Sequence record: NC_042116.1
Reading direction: 5' to 3' (one strand)
Length of the DNA stretch: 64,000 nt
Position numbers and translations under genes: made by a program. The notes below the pieces were generated by a model. It made no database searches. It was given only the letters and a program-made list of their open reading frames with translations, and was not told the DNA's origin. This document shows, one piece after another, positions 57,448 to 64,000 of the stretch (its first letter is position 1; each line of letters begins with the position of its first letter).

Positions 57448-57749
57448 TGAAACGTTTTGTTTGGTCAATTATTTTATCTTTTCTTATTGTATATGCAATG
57501 TCATGGGCAGTAAGTTCATCTAAAGGTACTGAAAAACAGCGGATTTATTCTAATACCGGAGTTGTTGTTGCATTAGGTCAGTGTAAGAATGGTGAGTGTT
57601 CGTTTCAATACACTGATAAGAATAATTCATTACAGTATGCAACATCATCAACACCAGTTAGTATAGGACAACTGGTGTATCAACAATGTTGGTATGAAGA
57701 AGTGAAGGGAAATCTATGCTATACTGAATATCAACCTAGCAAAAACTAG
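57447..57749 (+). CDS. Membrane-anchored or exported protein
   Basis: N-terminal TM segment, Cys pairs. Confidence 0.65.
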   Translation: MKRFVWSIILSFLIVYAMSWAVSSSKGTEKQRIYSNTGVVVALGQCKNGECSFQYTDKNNSLQYATSSTPVSIGQLVYQQCWYEEVKGNLCYTEYQPSKN

Positions 57750-57821
57750 TTGTATTTTGTAATATTAAATACAATTAGTTAATAAAAAGTGTTACGCACA
57801 CAAACTAAAAAAAGGATGTTT

Positions 57822-59276
57822 ATGAAACGATATGTTCTTGACACAAACGTGATTCTTAGTGACCCAAATGCTATTCTTGCCTTTGAAGGTTCACATGTTA
57901 TTCTTCCATTCACAGTACTAGAAGAATTAGATTCCATTAAGAGTCGCAAAGTTGACATTAGTAGAGATGCACGTGTTGCAGTTCGCAATATTAGTGCAAT
58001 TCTTGAAGGTGCAACTCATGAAGAAATTGCAACTACAGGTGTTCCAATTTCACGTACTCACACCAATATTCACGAGGATACCCGTCTTTTTGTTCTAACC
58101 ATTGAAGAACTCGATGCAATTAAAGCATTATCTGGCTCTGCTACGTATGATGTGGACTATGCAAAGAATGAAACTCTACGTAATAGCACTGTACCAGATG
58201 ACAAAATTATTCTAGTTGCTAAGCTAAGTAATTCTGTACTAGTAACTCGTGATATTAATATGCGAATTAAAGCACTAGCATATGGTGTTGAAGTTCAAGA
58301 TTATCGTCACGATATAACAATTGAAGATTCTGATTTGATTCATACAGGTCATCATGCAATCGAAGGTTCAATTTGGGATCGCATTGGAACTGTTTATTCA
58401 GAACAACACGGAATCAAATTATTACACTTCGTACCAAAAGATCAAGTAGATTTCTTACCAGCAAATATTTGTGTTGGTGATTTTGTTTATGACGAAGCTG
58501 ATGTACTGTTCGTTTATGAAGGTGAAGGTGCACGTTTAGATGAAAATGATGAGCCAATTGATGATGAACAATATATTGCATTTATTGATGTTGGACAATC
58601 TTCTTCATTAAATCGTAAAGTATGGCATATCAAAGCTAAAAATATCCAACAGGCTATGGCAATTAATAGTATTATGGATAGTGATGTTCATATTACAGTA
58701 CTATTAGGATCAGCCGGTACTGGTAAAACACTAATTACTATGGCATGTGCTTTAGAATTAGTAATGGAATTGAAGCATAAAAACAAACGTTACGAGCGTA
58801 TTATTTTCTCTAAAACTCAGGATTCTCAATTTGAAGACATTGGTTTTTTACCAGGAACTGAGATGGAAAAAGTGATGCCATTCTGTGGTGCAGCAGTTGA
58901 TGCCTTGGAATATTTACATAAAGATGATGTGAATCCACAAGGTTCAATTGATGAAACTTTGAAACGTAATAAGTTCCAATTCAAAGCATTAAATTTTGTT
59001 CGTGGTCGTAGTTTCATTAATACAATTCTAATTGTGGATGAATTCCAAAATATTACACCAGCACAAGCAAAAACAATTTTGACTCGTGCAGGTGAGAACT
59101 GTAAAGTAATCATTATGGGTAACTTATCTCAGATTGATAATAAGTTTGTAAGTCCAACTAATAGTGGATTAACTTATGTTACTGAGAAATTTAAAGATTG
59201 GGAAGGTTGCCGAATTATTGAATTAGAAGGTGTAGTACGTTCACCACTAGCTGCTTTCGCAGAAGAAAATCTATAA
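57822..59276 (+). CDS. phoH: PIN domain + PhoH-family ATPase
   Basis: YVLDTNV, VLEELD, DD.I, VTRDINMRIKA; GSAGTGKT; RGRSF; DEFQN; RSPLA. Confidence 0.92.
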   Translation: MKRYVLDTNVILSDPNAILAFEGSHVILPFTVLEELDSIKSRKVDISRDARVAVRNISAILEGATHEEIATTGVPISRTHTNIHEDTRLFVLTIEELDAIKALSGSATYDVDYAKNETLRNSTVPDDKIILVAKLSNSVLVTRDINMRIKALAYGVEVQDYRHDITIEDSDLIHTGHHAIEGSIWDRIGTVYSEQHGIKLLHFVPKDQVDFLPANICVGDFVYDEADVLFVYEGEGARLDENDEPIDDEQYIAFIDVGQSSSLNRKVWHIKAKNIQQAMAINSIMDSDVHITVLLGSAGTGKTLITMACALELVMELKHKNKRYERIIFSKTQDSQFEDIGFLPGTEMEKVMPFCGAAVDALEYLHKDDVNPQGSIDETLKRNKFQFKALNFVRGRSFINTILIVDEFQNITPAQAKTILTRAGENCKVIIMGNLSQIDNKFVSPTNSGLTYVTEKFKDWEGCRIIELEGVVRSPLAAFAEENL

Positions 59277-59280
59277 TTAT

Positions 59281-59308
59281 AAAAGGGGATATTTCGGTAT
59301 CCCTTTTT
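59281..59308 (+). terminator. Rho-independent terminator
   Basis: gggata-TTTCGG-tatccc followed by a T-tract. Confidence 0.75.
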
Positions 59309-59323
59309 CCATAAGGCTAATAA

Positions 59324-59758
59324 ATGGAAATTTATTTAACAGGAATAGTACTGAAATTAGATGAAGCAAATTTAAACGGTAGAATTTATTCATTAAAAGA
59401 TGTAGAAAAATCTATATTAAATTTGCAAAATACTATTATACATGGTAACCTATTATCTGAAATTGACCCTTTGGAACGAACAGCAACGATTAATTTAGAT
59501 AATGTTGGTGCTATTGTTGAAAAATTAGAAATAGTTGATAACAATTTAGTTAGTACTGTTCGAGTACTACCTACGGTTAGGGGTCAACAATTAACTCGTG
59601 TATTAGAAAATAATGGAAATGTCTTTCTAAGCTCACGAGGATATGGTACAATTGATATTGATGGAAATATTGCCGATTTTAAATTAATTACGGTTGACAT
59701 ATTACCAGCACATGCATGTGATGATCCTGATAAAATTTGCAGGATTGATATAAAATAA
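59324..59758 (+). CDS. T4 gp21-like prohead protease homolog, apparently degenerate
   Basis: N.NGRIY, SSRG.G, F.LITVD present; the GEL.HP His motif reads SEIDP. Confidence 0.65.
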   Translation: MEIYLTGIVLKLDEANLNGRIYSLKDVEKSILNLQNTIIHGNLLSEIDPLERTATINLDNVGAIVEKLEIVDNNLVSTVRVLPTVRGQQLTRVLENNGNVFLSSRGYGTIDIDGNIADFKLITVDILPAHACDDPDKICRIDIK

Positions 59759-59818
59759 ATGAAACAGCTTTAAAAATTATGGTATAATCTAAACATAACT
59801 ACAATGAAGGAAATAAAA

Positions 59819-60076
59819 ATGGCTAAGCAAGATGATAAAGCACTAAAATCTACACGTAAAGATCGTCTATATAAAAATGAGCAGCTAGACGCTCTATTAG
59901 ACCTTCGTCGTAAAGGTGTTCTCACCCGTCAGCAGTTCCGTTTACAGACCTTTGATAAGGGTCTACAGGGCAGCACTAAGGGTTCTCCAATGTATAACGC
60001 ATTTGAACTAGAAAAAGTGAATGGTAGTAAAAAAGCGATTCTAGTTGAGAAAACTAAGCAGTGGGTACGTATCTAA
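59819..60076 (+). CDS. Small basic protein
   Basis: Own extended -10 promoter, RBS AAGGA. Confidence 0.7.
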   Translation: MAKQDDKALKSTRKDRLYKNEQLDALLDLRRKGVLTRQQFRLQTFDKGLQGSTKGSPMYNAFELEKVNGSKKAILVEKTKQWVRI

Positions 60077-60204
60077 TTTCTGGCCTGTTTTGATATAAAC
60101 AACATAAATAAGTTTACAATAATAAAAATATTTTTGACTCCATGTTGTTTATATTACATTCTTTAAGGCCAACGTAAGTTGGCCTTTTTTATTGGAAAAA
60201 TAAA

Positions 60205-60924
60205 ATGATTAATGAAAACAACGAACAAATAGATGTTGAATTAGAGAATCATAATATGATAGAAGAAATTTATACATATTTCTCTAATATCGGAACTCCT
60301 GATGTAATAATCTATGGTTCATTTATTGAAAAAACATGTGGGTTTGATGTTATTCCAAATGATATTGATATATCAGTAATTATTAAAGATGAATTGCCTG
60401 AAAATCATTATAGTACTTTTTTCTTAAATTCTTCTAAATTACCAATAAATGTTGAATACTTAAGTATGGAATCATTTAAACAAGAACTTAATTCATTCCA
60501 GCCAAAGTATTTTTTATGTACAGCAACTCCAGAATTAAGTGAACTGATAGATTCAGTTTGGAAAAATAAAGAATTGCATGAGATTCGTGCTGGTATCAGT
60601 TCTATAACTTCTAAAGCATTTGATAAAGGCCGAAAAAAACTGTTAGTTCATGAAGATTATGATGAAGTACTAGGTCTTAAAAATTTATATCATGCATTTA
60701 AATTTCCGTTATATGCAAAATGGTATTACTATCCTGAACTTGCATGTGAATGCTACTTAGATGATATCGAGTATTTGAATGATATTCATAAAAACATTTA
60801 TGAAATTTATAAAAATAGCAATGGAACACTTGATGAGCGGTGTGATATTGTAGTATCATATGCTAAACCACTTTATAATAAGTTGTTAACAGACTTCCGT
60901 AAATTATTTCCTAAAAAGGTATAG
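60205..60924 (+). CDS. Pol-beta-superfamily nucleotidyltransferase-like protein
   Basis: IYGS...DIDI; helical C-terminal domain KKL....DY....GLKNLYHA. Confidence 0.6.
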   Translation: MINENNEQIDVELENHNMIEEIYTYFSNIGTPDVIIYGSFIEKTCGFDVIPNDIDISVIIKDELPENHYSTFFLNSSKLPINVEYLSMESFKQELNSFQPKYFLCTATPELSELIDSVWKNKELHEIRAGISSITSKAFDKGRKKLLVHEDYDEVLGLKNLYHAFKFPLYAKWYYYPELACECYLDDIEYLNDIHKNIYEIYKNSNGTLDERCDIVVSYAKPLYNKLLTDFRKLFPKKV

Positions 60925-60928
60925 CATA

Positions 60929-61144
60929 ATGACAATATTTGTAATTCTTGGAATGTTATTGCTGTTTTTATTTGGTTTGGCAGCGACTGTTGGAAGTATA
61001 GTTTTGATATTCTTCTCATCAATGTTTGGTGGTAAAGTTAGTACTGGTGAATTATTATTTGGTATATTTTGGATCTGCGTTGGTTCATATTGTTTGTACT
61101 ATGTATTTTCAAATATAAATTTTAGTATTAATATAACGGGATGA
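60929..61144 (+). CDS. Membrane protein
   Basis: Hydrophobic. Confidence 0.6.
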   Translation: MTIFVILGMLLLFLFGLAATVGSIVLIFFSSMFGGKVSTGELLFGIFWICVGSYCLYYVFSNINFSINITG

Positions 61145-61360
61145 TAAAATGGGCGAATTGATTTTTGCATTAGTAGAATGCTTAATTGAAATATTGTGTA
61201 TGGGTGCCTCAGTTCGTTGGTTTTTTGGATTACTATTATTATCTATAGCTATTTGTGTTGGTTATTATACCTATATTATGTAAGGATTAAAAATGAAACT
61301 ATTTACAAAAGGACGTATGTCATTTCGATTATGAATTTTAAATCATAATAAGGAGGACAT

Positions 61361-61903
61361 ATGTTCTTTAATCAGAAATTTAAAATCTTCTATGATAACG
61401 GAAATGTAGTTGAAGTAGATGATTTGTTAGAATACATTGGTAATGCATATGGTGCTGCTGAAACATTCTACTTACGTATGAAGTTTACTATAAAAGTTGA
61501 TAAATCAAGTTTTTGGAGTTCTTTATGCTTTAACGAAAATTGGCATGTAAAAGATTTGTTCTTATACACTGAAAACAATATCATGATTTCTCCTGAGTTG
61601 TTTAAAGGTGAATATTTAAAACATCGTACCGATTATATGAATATATGGTACAGAAATCGTAAGTATTCCATGATGCAATGGAGGCATTTTCATTTCAAAC
61701 GTGGTCATACATCAACGTATGAACGTAAAATGGAAACGATAGCTGAACGTAGGGCAATTGCTGGTGTAGTAAAAGAAGAAGGTGAACCAGAGTTTCGTGG
61801 TCGCCGCCGTTGTATCCCACATCCGTGGGATGACATAATGGCTCGTCGCAGTCTTTCTTGGAAAGATTGTACTAAAAGAAAACGTCAACATAAAGGAAGC
61901 TAA
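61361..61903 (+). CDS. Hypothetical protein with a basic C-terminus
   Basis: RBS AGGAGG; PWDD...SWK...KRKRQ tail. Confidence 0.75.
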   Translation: MFFNQKFKIFYDNGNVVEVDDLLEYIGNAYGAAETFYLRMKFTIKVDKSSFWSSLCFNENWHVKDLFLYTENNIMISPELFKGEYLKHRTDYMNIWYRNRKYSMMQWRHFHFKRGHTSTYERKMETIAERRAIAGVVKEEGEPEFRGRRRCIPHPWDDIMARRSLSWKDCTKRKRQHKGS

Positions 61904-61931
61904 TGCTTCCTTTTTTCATAGAAGATATATA

Positions 61932-62756
61932 ATGAATTCAGATGAACTACTACTAGCTCGTAAACTTTTAAACAATTTAACTATTGAAAATAGAAATTTT
62001 ATTGTAACTCGTGACCTATCACGCGATATCCCTTCTTATGAAGATTGTAGATATCCATCACATTTAATTAGTTGGCTACATTTAAATAATTTATTAGTAC
62101 TGTTAAGTAGCTACCCAATTGATGATGATGAACGTTATTTTATTGAAATTTTTAAAATTACTGATTTGGGTAGTACTATTACATGGTTTACTGAATTACT
62201 TGAACAATACAATAAAGGAATGGATGGGGAACACGAATTTAGATATACAGGAAAATTATTGTATACTATATTACATAACTTCAATGAACTAGAAGTAGAC
62301 CCTGTTATTCAATTAATAACTGATGAAGAAAAAGAAGCATATCAACATTTTTACCGTACCCAAGTTTGGGATTCGACCGTTAAAGAAACAAAGACTTATA
62401 CACGTGAAGAAGCATTACAAACAATTGAATTTAATAAAGGTTTACTTTCTATGTTTGAAATGTCAGTACTTTTAGGTGCACGTGGTACAGATCCTACCCG
62501 TACAAATAATTATGTTTTCAAAAAATGTATGGAAGAATTGGGTGAAATGGCAGTAGAAGATCAAATTGAAAATGGTCTTTCATATAAAGATGCTGGCAGT
62601 GATGGTGTTGCTGGTGAAGCTGTAGATCTTGCAATTTGTGCAATGGATATGTTTGCCTTGCAGTATGGACATTTAAATCCAGAAGAAATTCAAGAGAAGT
62701 TTATCATTTATATGAATAAAAAATTAAACAAATGGAAAAATACTTTAGGAAAATAA
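61932..62756 (+). CDS. Protein with a C-terminal MazG-like NTP pyrophosphohydrolase domain
   Basis: KCMEELGEMA...GEAVDLAICAMD. Confidence 0.7.
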   Translation: MNSDELLLARKLLNNLTIENRNFIVTRDLSRDIPSYEDCRYPSHLISWLHLNNLLVLLSSYPIDDDERYFIEIFKITDLGSTITWFTELLEQYNKGMDGEHEFRYTGKLLYTILHNFNELEVDPVIQLITDEEKEAYQHFYRTQVWDSTVKETKTYTREEALQTIEFNKGLLSMFEMSVLLGARGTDPTRTNNYVFKKCMEELGEMAVEDQIENGLSYKDAGSDGVAGEAVDLAICAMDMFALQYGHLNPEEIQEKFIIYMNKKLNKWKNTLGK

Positions 62757-62757
62757 T

Positions 62758-63033
62758 ATGACGGATCATACAACAACAAAAGCATTAACTGATGTTTTAG
62801 CAGAAATGAATTCCCAAGATGAAAAATGGGGGGCTGACAGAAATCAACATCCATTTTTATGGCACGTAATTCTAAGTGAAGAAGTAGGGGAAGTTGCTCA
62901 AGCGATTTTACATGATGAATTTGGTGGTGACCATGCTGGTACTGCACGAGAAGAACTTGTTCAAGTCGCTGCTGTGGCCTTGCAAATCATTGAACAGTAT
63001 GATAGACTACAAAAAGAAAATGAGGAAAAATAA
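62758..63033 (+). CDS. MazG-like NTP pyrophosphohydrolase
   Basis: ILSEEVGEVAQA...REELVQVAAVA. Confidence 0.8.
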   Translation: MTDHTTTKALTDVLAEMNSQDEKWGADRNQHPFLWHVILSEEVGEVAQAILHDEFGGDHAGTAREELVQVAAVALQIIEQYDRLQKENEEK

Positions 63034-63302
63034 TGATAATTCGTCCAGTACATAATCATATAATTGCAAAAAAACATATAAATGAACCTAAAAGTGCTGG
63101 CGGGATTTTATTAACTGCAAGTGGTGAAGATGAATCAACCCATGCTGAAGTGTTAGCAATTGGTTCTGCATTTAAAGGTAATGTAAAAGTTGGTGATATT
63201 ATCACATATAGTGATGATAAACGTGTTCATACTGAAAAAATTGAGAATGAATATCTATTAATTATGCCAGAAGATTGTGTACTGGCAGTTATTGAAAAAT
63301 AA
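63033..63302 (+). CDS. groES: GroES-like co-chaperonin
   Basis: IRPVHNHII; KSAGGILL; AEVLAIG; VKVGD.I; YLLIMPED.VLAV. Confidence 0.9.
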   Translation: MIIRPVHNHIIAKKHINEPKSAGGILLTASGEDESTHAEVLAIGSAFKGNVKVGDIITYSDDKRVHTEKIENEYLLIMPEDCVLAVIEK

Positions 63303-63311
63303 GGTTATACA

Positions 63312-64000
63312 ATGCATCCAGTACTAGTAGAATTACAAAATCGTGGTCTAATTAATCAAAGTACTGATATTTCAGTACTATCTTCTTTACTTGACAATGG
63401 CTCATCAGTGTATTGTGGATTCGACCCAACTGCTGATTCATTGCATATTGGCAGTCTATTACCACTAATGACTATGAAAGTACTAAAAGAATATGGTGTT
63501 AATGTTATTGCACTAGTTGGTGGAGCAACAGGTCGTATTGGCGATCCAAGTTTTAAAGCTCAAGAAAGAAAATTGCTTGATGAAGCTATGGTAGAACATA
63601 ATATTGCAGGTATTACAACACTAATTCGAAGTTTTCTTGGTTCTGATACAGTTATTGTTAATAATTTTGATTGGACTAAAGATCTTTCAGTACTTGACTT
63701 TTTACGTATCTATGGTAAATGTTTTTCTGTTAATACTATGATTTCAAAAGAATCAGTTCGTTCTCGTATCGAACGACCAGATCAAGGTATTTCTTTTACC
63801 GAATTTACTTATCCAATTTTACAAGGTATGGATTTTGAACATCTATATAATGGTGGATGTGCCATTCAGATTGGTGGGTCAGATCAGTGGGGTAATATGA
63901 TTGCCGGAACAGATCTTATTCACAAAATGCATGGAAATGACAAGCAATGTGGTGTTATAACACTTCCATTATTACTAAAATCTGATGGTACTAAATTTGG
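63312..64000 (+). CDS. tyrS: Tyrosyl-tRNA synthetase (5' part; runs off the window)
   Basis: Hand translation: YCGFDPTADSLHIGS, GGATGRIGDPS, QIGGSDQWGN, KSDGTKFG. Confidence 0.95.
   Translation, partial: MHPVLVELQNRGLINQSTDISVLSSLLDNGSSVYCGFDPTADSLHIGSLLPLMTMKVLKEYGVNVIALVGGATGRIGDPSFKAQERKLLDEAMVEHNIAGITTLIRSFLGSDTVIVNNFDWTKDLSVLDFLRIYGKCFSVNTMISKESVRSRIERPDQGISFTEFTYPILQGMDFEHLYNGGCAIQIGGSDQWGNMIAGTDLIHKMHGNDKQCGVITLPLLLKSDGTKF

Noticed and set aside
31119-59276. Introns, inteins or homing endonucleases in RNA ligase, DNA ligase, NAMPT or PhoH
   Set aside because: Lengths and motif spacing are normal; no splicing or endonuclease motifs were seen.
234-62947. Short minus-strand and alternate-frame ORFs in the supplied track (e.g. 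234-428, 1233-1451, 12488-12817, 24856-25068, 44656-45000, 47891-48256)
   Set aside because: They shadow better-supported genes or structured non-coding regions, lack an RBS, and have atypical composition.
1-64000. Stop-codon reassignment
   Set aside because: Conserved enzymes are full length and densely packed under the standard code.

Overview
AT-rich dsDNA from a very large lytic phage of enterobacteria. The gene content fits the RaK2/GAP32/CBB-type jumbo myoviruses; that placement is an inference, not a database match. The window appears to start at or near the genome end. Bases 1-13.4 kb are an early, host-takeover region of single-gene cassettes, each with its own sigma70 promoter, and include H-NS-like, SPFH, DUF932 and ParE-like genes. 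Bases 13.5-19.8 kb hold a tandem paralog array sharing an FQxxT motif. A ~700-bp structured non-coding region lies at 24.5-25.2 kb. The rest is a dense plus-strand block of DNA, RNA and nucleotide metabolism and counter-defence genes: two adenine methyltransferases, a SpoT-type HD hydrolase with a nucleotidyltransferase, RNA ligase 1, PNKP, phosphatases, DNA ligase, ClpP, dCMP deaminase, NMNAT-Nudix plus NAMPT, an Acb1-like 2H phosphoesterase, a sirtuin, a Nudix fusion, PIN-PhoH, two MazG-like genes, GroES and a partial TyrRS. Two minus-strand virion genes interrupt it. The strongest unexplained signals are: (1) roughly 10-20-fold enrichment of the palindrome AGTACT across the window, built into early promoters; (2) nine copies of a covarying two-hairpin element, each directly behind its own promoter; (3) two larger structured non-coding regions; (4) a shared structured leader on both NAD-salvage genes. 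All motif and family calls were made by eye, with no searches run.
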